A stretch of DNA of 62,317 bases, the filler included, from Globobulimina sp. (lineage: Eukaryota): assembly GCA_003354225.1 (NCBI GenBank). It is 13 parts of 13 records of this genome, joined end to end, with 100 filler letters (N's around TTAATTAATTAA, not from the genome) between each part and the next. Parts side by side here need not be neighbours in the genome. Positions count along the whole stretch, not along the records: positions 33,636 to 38,335 come from PIVH01000989.1; positions 38,436 to 43,133 come from PIVH01000990.1; positions 43,234 to 47,930 come from PIVH01000991.1; 10 more parts are not named here. The stretch is one strand, 5' to 3'. Below, one piece after another: positions 35,404 to 48,030 of the stretch; within the stretch, counting starts at the first letter, position 1; each line of letters starts with the position of its first letter. The position numbers and the translations under genes were made by a program. The notes under the pieces were generated by a model. It made no database searches. It saw nothing but the letters and a program-made list of their open reading frames with translations, and was not told where the DNA came from.

Positions 35404-36785
35404 TTAAGAAAAATAACAATCATTATAGGTAACATGTTTTGCATAATGCTTAACCAACAAATCAGTAATATTGCATTGTTTTGGCATATCAAATGGCAGA
35501 CAAATATAATCAATCCAATAGATTTCACAAATCATTTTTATATCATCATCTGTTAAATTATCCCGTTTTATATTAAAATCCCCATTTACATTCTCGCCAT
35601 AATACCATGAACTTTCTCTATTTCTGTATGTCTTTATAGCTCCGCGATAAAACCTTGGTTCTTTTAACAAATACGGCACAAACTCCCGTAAAATAGGCAG
35701 CAAAATATCATCGAAATATTTTAAATCTCCAATATATGAAAACGGAAAATATTTCAAGTCCAGATTCAATAAATGCAGAATTTGAGGATGTAAATGTGCC
35801 TCACCACTCCATAACTTTTTCATTTTGAACCAATTCATTCTGTTCCGTTTGTTTACATGTTTGCTCATAAAATCATTCAACAAATACTTTTCTGTGTTAT
35901 TAGAAAAGATTTGCAATAAACTCCGAAACTGTATTTAATTTAATATTTGATCAACGTACCATTTTTGAGTCAACTACAGATTTTTAAGTGACACTAAACT
36001 TTATTCATACCGCGCAAATGTTGAATATTATTTTTTTTGAACACGTGTAACTGTCTGGTGTTGATTTCAAAATATGATGACAATAATCTATCGATCGGGT
36101 TTCGAACCAATGTAAATAAAAATATATCACTCATTAACGAATACCATTTATCTTTATTCTGCCAATATTTTGTATGATTTAAAAACTTCAAACACCATCG
36201 CATGATATCACCAGTTTGGTTAAATACATATTGTGCGTTTTCCAGATAGTTGTTTTTGCTCAGACGATGCAGCGATTCTTGAATGGTGGTCCCTGCAACT
36301 TTGTAGTTGTGGATATATCCAAGTTTTGTAGTTATAAACATTTCATGCCATTCTGCGTGATTTCGTGTGAATATTGATTTGTTGAGTTGGCACCGATTTA
36401 AAAACGGAACAATGTTCAGTGGTAAAGCTGACATATTTAATGTTGAATATTTTGGAACTGGACCAACTCTGTGTGGATTTGCACATTTTTTAGTGATTGG
36501 ATGTGTCCTCAGATATATGATTTCATTTAATTCATATTCCTCAGTTTTTCTTTTTTTCGTTTTAGACATTTTATTGTCACTTTGGTTGCTTGCCATATGT
36601 GCTTGTGGTTGCACAGTACGTTGATTCGTTGATATATCATCGTAAACTTCATTGGGTAATGTTTGTGGTGTTGTTGTGTGAATGAATAATGTTTGATTTA
36701 TCTGGTGTAAGATTACAACAGTTGTAAAAAGCAAAAGCAGTGCCAACACAATTACAAAATTACTAACTGCGTGTTTTCTGGACAT
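35404..36785 (-). CDS. Type II membrane (Golgi) sulfotransferase, Sulfotransfer_2-like; intron 35929-35999
   Basis: N-terminal TM, YIHNYKVAGTTI (5'-PSB) and FTLVRNPIDRLLSSY (3'-PB). Confidence 0.85.
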
Positions 36786-36806
36786 TTATCTGATTTTGCG
36801 AGTAAA

Positions 36807-38335
36807 ATGGTGTCCCGCTCAACAACATCTGTGACGGTGAATTTATTTTTGTCTGGGATGGCATTATGCTATTTATGGGCGTTTGCGTCATTATACCCTC
36901 AAATACCAGGCTTGTATGGGCCAACTGGAATTTTACCAATCCATCGATTACATAAAAATCATTATTCCAAGTCATGTTTATCAATGCATTGGAATGACTT
37001 TAAACAAAATCAATCATTTTTCTGCTTAGTAAATGATTTACAAATATCACCAATTTATATGATGGAATTATTTTGTTTAATTGGCATTATTTTAGCCTCA
37101 ATTTGTATTTTGTCTCATTTTATTCGACATAATTTAACATTTATTATTTTCCTTTGTTTATGGTTATTATATTTATCATTGTTCCTCGTCGGACAAACTT
37201 TTTTATCATTCCAATGGGATATATTGCTGTTAGAATGTGGTTTTTTGTGTTGTTTTGTTTCATCATCGTCCACATATTCTCGATATAACGATATTATATT
37301 TTTCTGTCTGCGCTGGTTAATATTCCGTTTAATGTTTGCATCATTTGTTGTCAAATTACAATCAAAATGTCCGACATGGTGGGGATTGACTGGTACGTAT
37401 ATATATTATTTATTTTGTTACTTAATATTGTTGTTTTGAAACAGCTTTAGATTGGCATTACCAGTCAACGTGTATTCCATCGCCTGTATCGTGGTATTTT
37501 CATTATTTACCGAAATGGATAAATCATTTATCGGTGGTTGTTATGTATATTATTGAAGGACCATTCAGCATTTTATATATATTGCCAATACAATTTGGTT
37601 CAAAATACATTTTCAGATTGACTCGCTTAATTGCGGTTTATTCAAATATTTTATTGATGATTGTAATTCAGTTTAGTGGCAATTATAATTTCTTTAATAT
37701 GTTAACCATTATTGTAACCTGCACATGTTTGGATGATGAACATATTAATTATATGCTTTCAAAATTATTATTTTGGAGAAAACACCAAATAAACATAAAA
37801 AGTAATAATGTCATCAATAAATATATATTCTATATGTTATATTTAATGGAGTTCGTTTTATGGATTGCTTTTATTTTATTGGTTGTACATTATTTTGGAT
37901 TAACATTCAAAAAAAATAACAATGTGCCTACTTTTGATGGTTGGTTTGGAAGAATTGTTAACTTATTAGATGCGTATCATATTAATTCAACAATCAATTT
38001 TTCAGAAACATTTTTTAATTTAACAGTAAGTAAATGTATAATGGTTGCTGTCATATTTGGTTATATAAATATTATTTGCTGCCTAATTGCTGATTTTATT
38101 GCAAACTTCAGTCAATTTCTACGTGCATTATGTGCTTCCAATTCAAATAATAATGATGATACAATGGAATGTTTTAGTATCATTATATTGTGTATAATAT
38201 TTATTTATCGTTTAATTTGTTATTTGATTAAAATGTGTATTGGAATATTTATTTTCCATCTATCATTAATACCATTTTTACAATCAATCGATAATTATCA
38301 TTATACCAAACAATACCAGCATAATTATGGGGATA
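36807..38335 (+). CDS. Lipase maturation factor (LMF2-like), 3' truncated; intron about 37393-37444
   Basis: AFASLYPQIPGLYGPTGILP, GQTFLSFQWDILLLECGFL, FRLMFAS..VKL..CPTWWGLT, GNYNFFN. Confidence 0.9.
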
Positions 38336-38436
38336 NNNNNNNNNNNNNNNNNNNNNNNNNNNNNNNNNNNNNNNNNNNNTTAATTAATTAANNNNNNNNN
38401 NNNNNNNNNNNNNNNNNNNNNNNNNNNNNNNNNNNT

Positions 38437-40101
38437 CCAACGCCAAATCCAACACCAGCTCCAACCTCAAATCCATTATCATCCCCAACATCATCTCCAA
38501 CATTAAATCCATTGTCAGCCTCAACATCAAATCCAACTGCAGGTCCAACGCCAATTCCAACTTCAAACCCAACACGAGCTCCAAGTTTAAATCCAATATC
38601 ATTTCCAACATTAAATCCACTGTCAGGTCTAACCTCAAATCCAACATCAGCTCCAACGTCAAATCCAACACGAGCCCCAACATCAAATCCATTGACTGCT
38701 CCAAGCTCAAATCCAACACCGACTCCAACTGCAAACCCAACACGAGCTCCAAGCTCAAATCCATTATCAACACCAACATCAACTCCAGTGCTTGCACCAA
38801 CATTAAATACAATATCTGCTCCAACATCAAATCCAGTTCCAACATTTACTACGTTGAATCCAACGCCATCTCCAACCTCAAATCCATTGCCAGCTCCAAC
38901 CTCAAATCCAATATCAGATACAACATCAACTCCAACATTAAATCCATTATCAGCGTCAACATCAAATCCAACGCCAAGTCCAACCTCAAATCCATTATCA
39001 ACGCCGAATCCAGCTCAAGCTACAACATCAAATCCAACACGAGCACCAACATCAAATCCGGTTCCTGCATTTACAACGTTGAATCCAACGCCATCTCCAA
39101 CTTCAAATCCATTGCCAGCTACAACCTCAAATCCAACACCAGCACCAACATCAAATCCAGTTCCTGCTTCAACTTTGAATACTGTGGCAGTTACAACCTT
39201 GAATCCAACACCAGATCCAACCTCAGATCCAATATCAAACGGAACACCATCCCCAACATTAAATCCAGTACCTGTCTCAACATCAAATCCAGTAACTTCC
39301 CCAACATTGAATCCAGCTCCAACATTAAGTCCAACAACAGACCCAACTCCAACTCCAACATCAAATCCAAATGTCACATCATTACCAACCACAACATTGC
39401 CAACCACAACATTACCAACCACATTGCCAACGACAGTGTTACCAACCACAACATTGCCAACCACAAACAAACCAACATCGGCTCCAACCAAATGTCAAGA
39501 TAATGAAAGTTTGGAAAATGATGATTGCACAGACAATGGTTGTGCAGAAGAGCCATTTTTAGATTTTACTTTGTCGTTTAGTGTTTGTAAAAGACAGCCA
39601 TTTAATGGGAATAGATATGGTTTATGGAATGCAGTGGTTGATTGTTTATGTGATTTGGGTGAATATGGAAAAGATTTAGACTCTCAATTCAGAAGACGTC
39701 GACGGTTAACCAGAGGTCATAATACTTGTGATTTGAATGTGGTGAAATATGTGATGGAGAGTTTGACAGAACCTGTTTCCACTGATTGTGATATTATAAA
39801 CAATGGATACAGATTTCATTTTGGAATTCAAGGCTTTGGTGATTGTGTTGGACTTACTCAAACATTCCGTAGATTGAAGGGAATGACACAGATTGAAATA
39901 ATTAATGCGATTAAATCATGTGCAAATTGGTTTGCTAAGCAAGCGGATACGATCGGATTCGGTGATGTGGATGATGTGGACTTTAATATTAAAGAGGAAC
40001 TTGGACAAAAATGTGATATGGCTGCTGATGCTAAAAGCAAATTTTGTTACAATGCATTTAGTGCAATTTTTATGATCTTGTTTAATATTTTTTTGTTTTA
40101 G
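38437..40101 (+). CDS. Thr/Pro-rich mucin-like surface protein with Cys-rich C-terminal domain, 5' truncated
   Basis: Over 300 aa of PTSNP/TLPTT repeats, an RRRRRL site, and a hydrophobic C-terminus (GPI-signal-like). Confidence 0.8.
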   Translation, partial: PTPNPTPAPTSNPLSSPTSSPTLNPLSASTSNPTAGPTPIPTSNPTRAPSLNPISFPTLNPLSGLTSNPTSAPTSNPTRAPTSNPLTAPSSNPTPTPTANPTRAPSSNPLSTPTSTPVLAPTLNTISAPTSNPVPTFTTLNPTPSPTSNPLPAPTSNPISDTTSTPTLNPLSASTSNPTPSPTSNPLSTPNPAQATTSNPTRAPTSNPVPAFTTLNPTPSPTSNPLPATTSNPTPAPTSNPVPASTLNTVAVTTLNPTPDPTSDPISNGTPSPTLNPVPVSTSNPVTSPTLNPAPTLSPTTDPTPTPTSNPNVTSLPTTTLPTTTLPTTLPTTVLPTTTLPTTNKPTSAPTKCQDNESLENDDCTDNGCAEEPFLDFTLSFSVCKRQPFNGNRYGLWNAVVDCLCDLGEYGKDLDSQFRRRRRLTRGHNTCDLNVVKYVMESLTEPVSTDCDIINNGYRFHFGIQGFGDCVGLTQTFRRLKGMTQIEIINAIKSCANWFAKQADTIGFGDVDDVDFNIKEELGQKCDMAADAKSKFCYNAFSAIFMILFNIFLF

Positions 40102-40172
40102 ATTGCTTAATTAGTATTATATTATTTTTTGTATAGTCAACATCGAAACGAAACAAAGACACACAAACTTGC

Positions 40173-40409
40173 CTAAAAAACCACCGCCGTGGATATAAAA
40201 AATGACTCCCATTGATCAAATTCTATCCTATAATATGATTGACACAACGACATAATTTCTTGTGGTACAATGAAATCTGAGGCAATTCTACAATAGCCAC
40301 AAATTATAAGAGCAATTCTACAAATTAAATTCCGACGCAACAACATTCTCTGAACCTTTATATAATTTGCCATTGGTGAATATCGAAGTGCCGCACTCAC
40401 GACCAGCAT
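40173..40409 (-). pseudogene. Short fragment carrying only the LxxGYxR/VPxEI box
   Basis: LIICGYCRIASDFIVPQEIMSLCQSYY followed by a stop after about 20 codons. Confidence 0.4.
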
Positions 40410-40555
40410 CTGGATGGATTATGATCGTTTTATTAAAGCCCTGAAGGGGCTGAGTAGTCTTGTATGCGCGTTTCCATTTTCACTTCAAACACTCTTCAGT
40501 CTTCACGGTTTTCACACTTTAGAAAATTGTAATATCTATTCTTTTTTCAAAAACA

Positions 40556-43133
40556 TGGCAGAGCGCTCACTCCTTCACTCAACCGATCCATTACAGTTAC
40601 CACCACCACAACAAATCCCAACACCAAATGTAAAAATAATTAACATGACATCCTCCTGCCATGATATTAATCCACCAAAATCAAAATATCCCCGACAACA
40701 AAATAATAAAAACTACCCAATATACACACAAACATCATTGCAACCACTCATGCCACCAATTGCAACGTATTCACTCTCTTTATCTCCAAAATAACATAAA
40801 TAACATAAACTCCTTTTTTTTTATTTAGAACTCCATTATTAAGCTCCATACACGCTGTCAACATAAACATCCCCGACACAAACATCCCTGACGCAAACAT
40901 CCAACATACAGTCACATTCCATTCAAAAAGCCTAAACAACACAATAAATCCATATATCCCCACCACAAACAGTAACAGCAATTTCCTAGCAATGGAGGCG
41001 AAGTCCTCAGTCACATTGGACCAATCACTCATTGTCTCCACATCACAGCCGGACGACGATCAAAAAATCACTGAAACCATACACATTTCGCGTGATGACG
41101 ATGAGATGGATGATGCTGTTGGGGCCTACATTGCAGCACCAAATCTAAACAATATCGGTGGTATCCCAACAACGCCGGGCGGCCCACAACCACCTCTTCC
41201 TCTGTCTGTGTCTGCGGCCACGCCCTCATTGTCATTGAGAGGGTATTACTCCACCTCACAATTTATGGAGGCACAGCAACATAGAAAGAGGACCAGCAAA
41301 TTGAAATTCTCCAGAGCCAAATGGAGCGACCACGGAAAACGAGTATTATTAAATACAACGTCTGTACTCCTGCATTCTCCAACCTTTTCAACTGCATTTC
41401 CTACATTTTTGCCCTGTGTCGTGCTACATTTTCATATATTGCAAAGGGTGAAATTAAACATTGCATATCGTATACTTATTGCACACTGCTTTTGTTTCTA
41501 ATATACAGAGTGAGAGTGGATCGTGTTTGCCACACTTTAGTTCAAACGAGACAGAGATTTGGGGTCTGCCCAGTTGAGATGAGGCAGCTATCCCTCACTG
41601 TTGCTGTTATTGAACGCCTCATGTATGGCTATGGCAGACAAGTACAGGAAAGCAAAGAGAAAGTAAGACAAAGCAATGCAAGGATAGCTGCCGCAGCCAA
41701 TAAGAACAGCATGTCATTGTCAGCGCAAATGCAAGCATCGATATCTGGCGGATCGCATTATACATTGGACGGAAACCACGGACTGCTCCATCCGAGCCAT
41801 GAGAGCGAAGTAATCGAAGTAAACAGCGAAGACAGTGTAGAAACTATTGGTAAGTGCACAAACCCGAGCATTGTGACTGGCGCTACACCCGTAATAAGAC
41901 CGGGTTCGCCCATCCACCACAACCTATTAAGAAGCCGAAGATATCCCAATCAAAATCAAAACATTAATCAACATCTTCTTCGCTCGCCGCAGCCGCAGAA
42001 TTACGATGAGCAGTTAGCATGGCGGCACCCCGGCGGTGTGGTGAGTTTGTTGGAGATCTTAGGCCGCGTTTTGCGGTCCACAGACGAACAGTTATTGGCC
42101 ATCGGGAAAATCGCGAGCTTGACTGACTTTGTGCAAAATGTTTAGTAATTCATAATATATCAATGATGACTGTGTACTGAAACGTTTTTGTTAAATACAT
42201 TGTATGCAGAACAAATTAATTTGGTTAATATCGCTGGCAGCGGGCGCTTATATGTTTGCAGTGCCATTACGTGGCCCAATCCAATTTGTTTTGGAAGAAT
42301 TGGATAAATTAAGCTCGTTCGCCATCCATCGCATCGCACCCAATGGCTTCTACAAACTCATCAAAACATTAATAAATTCCCTGACCAATGTGTTCCCGTC
42401 GTCGATGCGCCATTTATTAAACAAACACATCACCAAATTGTTCAAACTCTTTTTCCATATATTCAGCAAAATCAATAGAAGCCAGTCTGCGTCGCTGTGG
42501 CTGATTCGATTCCGTTTCCTCATTTTGCCGACATTGATCTACATGATCCACAAAAGCGTGTTACGCGTTGCTTTGATGCGTTTGTCCAAACTGCAAAACG
42601 AGTTAAACAGTGTCATACTGAATTGGCAGCTGTGTCTGACGGCCATCACTGCGAAGAACAGATTGGATCAGTCGTTGTCGGACCGACTCAACACTCTGAA
42701 GCAGGAAAACCAGGGCCAGCACAGCAACGACAACAACATCGATATCTACCAATGGATACTGCGCTTAGTCCCTCCCTCTGCGCACATTGATGCGTGTTTT
42801 TGGTACCGAGCCAATTTCCGCTTGCAATTATTGCGCAAACTGATGGACGTCAACTACGCCGTCACTTGTTTTTATTATCGCATCTTTGGCTCTTCCCGTT
42901 TTTTGTGGCCCGCCGCCTTTCCCATATTACTTTACTACGCGTTCAACCCTCATCGCGCCGCCTGCCGCGCCAACGAATTCTTGGCCAACCCGGACATCCG
43001 AATCATCCGCGTCTTTTACTCCATTTTAGACAGCAAGTTGGCGCGCTGGGTCACACTGAAAGTTTTCCCCAAAGTGCGCCTAATGCCGCAGTTGCAGACG
43101 GCCATCACCTTTGAAATCGGCGTGGATGATATC
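40556..43133 (+). CDS. Multi-exon protein, distal part resembling the hormone-sensitive-lipase N-terminal region, 3' truncated
   Basis: Consecutive + strand ORFs separated by short intron-like gaps. YYAFNPHRA...DIRIIRVFYSILD resembles HSL_N by eye only. Confidence 0.4.
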
Positions 43134-43331
43134 NNNNNNNNNNNNNNNNNNNNNNNNNNNNNNNNNNNNNNNNNNNNTTAATTAATTAANNNNNNNNNNN
43201 NNNNNNNNNNNNNNNNNNNNNNNNNNNNNNNNNTGTTTGTTTTTCTTTCCATTCGTTAAAAATTAACACACACTTTTGTACATATTACAGACATCAACCA
43301 AACAATAACATACACTTTTCATTAAATTCAA

Positions 43332-46157
43332 TTAATAAGTTTTTGCTTTTGCTTTACTCGGAACATACAACTTTTTGCCAACAAAATTAGAATTATCATC
43401 GCCTAAGTTATCCACATAAAAATGATAATTCTTTTCCGAAGCTAGATACTGTTGATTATGATTACGATTTTCCTCACTCGCTTCCGGTAAAGCCAATATA
43501 TGAAAAGTTCCACTATTCTCCGGTTCGGGCGAATGAGTCCGCGAATCCGTTAAAACCGACATTTCATCATTCTCAAAATTATATGAATTCCCTTTACTGT
43601 CTCGAAATTGATTTAGATTTTGCATATTTCCCTTTTGTGCCCATCGTTTTTCCCTTCTTTTTTTTTTCTTCCTCTTCTTATATTCACTTTGTTTCCGCAG
43701 CTCTGCCTTGACATGTTTTTGCAAATATTTCTCCACCAATCTCGCAGTCACATCACCATTCCCCTCATCACTGTCACTATCACCGCCGGTAAAGAAACTA
43801 AAACAAGACTTTTTCTTTTTTGTTTTGCTCAATTTCCACGTCAACGCATTATCCATCTCCTCCATCGCCACACTGTCACTGTCTGCATCACTCTCATCCG
43901 ACTCACTGATCTGCGCATTGTGGCCATCAATATCATGCATACTCATACTGTCCCGTATCGAACTCATTTGGTTATAATGCTTCCGCGTATCTTGCATAAT
44001 ACTCGAATGCAAATCTAACATCTCGGCGTTGGCGGTTTGAATCCCATGCTGTAGCTCCATCAAATGCTGCAACATCATATTCCCACCGGCACTATCACCG
44101 CAACCTGGACCTGCAAAAGAAAAACGACTGTCCACTTTGCGATGTCCGCTCACCACACTTTGCATCGACGGCAAAGGAACATGGCCATACTCCAACTCCG
44201 AGCCTTCATCTATATCACTTTCAGACGTATCAGACCCCGGCATGCTTACTGTCACATCGTGGTCGAAAGACAGCTTTCGCGCAGCACCGACGTTAACTTT
44301 TTCCAGTTCCTTCCGTGCATCATCTGCTTCCTCCATTAGCTGTGCAATTTTATTGTTGCACTGTTCCAACTCGATATTTTTGCTTTGGATCTCTGCATTA
44401 AACATCTGATTCGATTCCACGGCGTCCTGTAATTGCTTGCGCAGCTCACCAATCTCATGTATATAATTTAGCTCTTCTTCGCCACCGTCTTCCTTCAATA
44501 ACTCGTCCATTCCATCCATGCCGCCATCACTAACTACCATATCCTCATCAGAGCCGCCGCTCCATTCATCGCCATGGCTGTGACTGTCCGCTGTGGAATG
44601 TGCCCGTTTCAGCATATTCTCCATGGAGTACGACACAGAGTCACTCAGCATATCTGTCGTATGGCTCACATAATTTTGCGAATATGGCCCTGGGATAGGC
44701 CCTGGTTTGTAACTCAATGGATAGGCACCGCCCGTACCAGCACCTGGTACATGCAAACCAGTGCTCCTCCCACCGATCCCAACGTTCATTCTGGTCATAG
44801 CCCGACTCATTACATGCTGCTTTCCGCGGGCTTCCACTAACTGTGCCTGCAAACTAGCCACGTTCAGCTCCAATTCTTTGATTCTTTTTTGCAACGATTC
44901 TGCTGACTGTTGCTCATTCTTTTTTGCTTTGTTCTTCACCTTTTTCGCGGTTTGCGCAAACCGCAGAGCTCGAATGGTCTCATTCTACGTTAAGTGGACT
45001 GCCATAGACAGCAAACTGCAATGATATAGATACAATATATCGACTTAACTCTGTTGTAAATGTGAGGCGAACAGGCAACGAACATAACAGTTTTGCTGTT
45101 ACCGCCCAAGCTGTCCTTCAATATATGCGTCAAAGGGCTGTCTCTGTAGCTTGGCTTTTTGCCTTTGGATAAGTACGAGATTGCTGTGGTCAATGCAGAC
45201 AATGACGAATTGATCGCAATGGCTTCCTGTCGCCGGATGGGGTCTGGGTTTTTGCCCAAAGCTTTAGTCAGATCCTCGCTGCCGGCCAAGTCGCCGAAAT
45301 TTAGTTTTGAGCGCTTGATGCTGCCATCGATACTTCGCTGCATAATATCTACCATAACCAACATATGCGAGCGCGAACTCACTGCGTTGAGAGCGTGGCC
45401 AGCCACGATTCGATTCGATTGCGCTTCGGTTAAACAAGCAAATGCTTCTTCGACAGTGTTGACTTGGATGGACCGTAAGTTGTGCACAAAAATGGAGTCG
45501 TTTCTGAAGTCTGTTTTAATGACTAACTTTGCTTTGGATTTCGGATTAAGTAAATCCAATAAATCGCGCTTGTAAATTTGCACCAATTGCATAGAGACTT
45601 TGAAGTCTTGCAAACCGCCGCCGTTTTGAGATAGCGATTTTTTTAGTTTTTGGAAGAGATATATGAAACAACGAGGGATCAAACCAAATTGGTCTACGTT
45701 GTTTGTGTCATTTTCGGGGCCGAACATCTAAGCATTTCCAATTCAATTCAGATTGGTAGGTTTTATACATAATAAACTTAACTGTATAGGTTTTGCCAGA
45801 GCCACTTTGTCCGTATGCAAAGATGGTGGAATTGAATCCTTCCAAACACGACAAGATCATAGTTTGTCCCACCAAATAGAAGACTTGTTTTTGTGTGGTT
45901 TTTGGCTTTAATATGCTGTCTAAAGTACATCTGAATGCTTTTTGTTTGGATGTTGTTTGATTTCTGCTTATTCCCCGAATTAAATGTATGCTTTGTTCAG
46001 TGTCGTATTTTGGAGGTCTATCGGGAACGCCTTTCTTTTGGGAATACGCTTTTTCTCTGTTGTTGGCTGGTCTGAAACGACAGATTACGCGAATGGTATC
46101 AACTCCTTTCCAGTCGTCGTCATCTGGCAAACGTTCGGTTATTGTTCTGTTTGGCAT
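43332..46157 (-). CDS. N-terminal-motor kinesin; introns 45728-45782 and 44985-45049
   Basis: IRVICRFRP, AYGQSGSGKTYT, NAVSSRSH, DLAGSE, and spliced YNRNETIRALRFA, followed by a coiled-coil stalk. Confidence 0.93.
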
Positions 46158-46663
46158 ATTGTATATTATATATTAGTGGAATAAAATTGTTATTATTATT
46201 AGTGTACCGTTTCAATACACGCGGGTTGTGTTTATCGACAAACTCGCTCGCAGAAAATTCGGGTAAAGACAACGACGTAGGCGTCGACATGCTTTGTTGT
46301 AGAACAGTTTTAGCTAATGTGAGAATTATACTCATTGACAATAAATTACGAAAGCATTTATGTATGGAAATGCGAAAATATATATGTACACATAAATGGA
46401 CAAAATCAAAAACAACAAAAAGAAAACAAATAATATATAGTACACAACAAAAAAACAGAATTTATGACAACTCGAACGGATATTTTTTTTTACAAATATG
46501 TCATTAATAAATATTGTGTAACAAATATCAACCATAATAAACACAATGCGTACCCCAATTTATGTTAATCTCATTTTATTACATTTTGCGTTAATCTCTT
46601 ATGTTAATCTCAATTTATGTTAATCTCATTGCCAAAGATATTGTAGCTACAATCAAAGCCATT

Positions 46664-47850
46664 TCACTCTTCTTCAATGATGGCAACTAATGTTGCTTGT
46701 CTCTTTAATTTATATTGTTTCTGTTCAAAATAAGTTGCATTGCAATAAAAATCTATAAATTCTTGTTCAGATATTACAGCTTCCAATGATGTTTTGTCAA
46801 ATGCATTCATAGCACGTTTAACATCATCATCAGAGATTGTTTCCGTTCTACCAGAAATTGCAGATAATAGAGTGCGTAATTCAGAACAATCAAGATGTTG
46901 ATCGTCATTATCATCAAATTGTGCAAATAGTTTTCTTATATCTGTTGTCACTCTCATTTTAGACTCTAAATACCAATGTTCAAATTCTTGAAAACTTATT
47001 TCACCATTTCCATCCGCATCTATTTTATCAAAACATTGCGTAATATCACCGTCTAATAATTGCTCACCTAAATTAAATAATACTTTCTTTAATTCCCATG
47101 CGTCAATAATGCCATTACCATCAACGTCAATCGTATTAAATGTTTCTTTTGTTTCACCTTTTATTCTTGTTACGATGTGTTGAGCCATCAAATCAAACAC
47201 TGTTGAATCCTTTGTTAAAAAATCAAACAATGATGCATGGAAATGTTTTGCTGTGGATGTTGTAATCTCATTAATTTCAATATCATGGCGGTCTGATCTC
47301 TCCTCTTCCTCTTCTTCCTTTGTAATTTTTTGGCTGTTATACATTAACACAATATAACCAATATATAATAGCAATAATATGCAGCATTCCCACCAATAAT
47401 GATATCCGGACTGATTATACCATAAAATATAAATAAACAAAGCAATGACAATATATAAAAACATAAATCGCGCACAAATCCAAACGATGTAAACGGCACA
47501 TAACCAGGTGACAACACAGCACAACAACCAATCACAAGTAAAAGCTATGTATACGTATATTATAAAGTAAGTTTAGACATAAATATTAACAGAAAATCAA
47601 AAGATAGCTATTGTACATTAAATGCGGCAGATCCAATGACAGTGCCCACTCCAATATTAGAATGCAAACTAAATACTCCAATAAATGCTATAAACAGAGT
47701 GGGTGTATTGGTAATGATAGATCTTAATACTACCGACATTTCAAGACTCATTTCAAACCTCTCAGTTATAATTCTGATGGCTGGACTCAACCAAAGAGAA
47801 CGGAGTAATGTGAGCGCATAACACATATAAAATAGTCCCAGCATAGCAAA
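46664..47850 (-). pseudogene. K+-dependent Na+/Ca2+ exchanger (NCKX)-like N-half with EF-hands, truncated or degenerate
   Basis: IGVGTVIGSAAFNV, and EF-hands DVDGNGIID, DADGNGEIS, DDNDDQHLD. The alpha-1 SAPE motif reads NTPT, there is no second TM bundle, and the 5' end abuts a repeat. Confidence 0.65.
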
Positions 47851-47930
47851 TAGACCTTTGGAATTTATCCGGTCGAATTCGCCTTGAGTTCGAGTGCTTG
47901 GATCCTATGATCGAGTGTATAGGATCTCTA
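47851..47930. mobile_element. End of an interspersed repeat / putative DNA transposon (copy 1)
   Basis: 80 bp nearly identical to 62203-62282. Starts at TA and runs off the contig end. Confidence 0.7.
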
Positions 47931-48030
47931 NNNNNNNNNNNNNNNNNNNNNNNNNNNNNNNNNNNNNNNNNNNNTTAATTAATTAANNNNNNNNNNNNNN
48001 NNNNNNNNNNNNNNNNNNNNNNNNNNNNNN

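Noticed and set aside
38384-39556. Antisense Leu/Val/Gly-rich ORFs
   Set aside because: Shadows of the Thr/Pro repeat gene on the plus strand.
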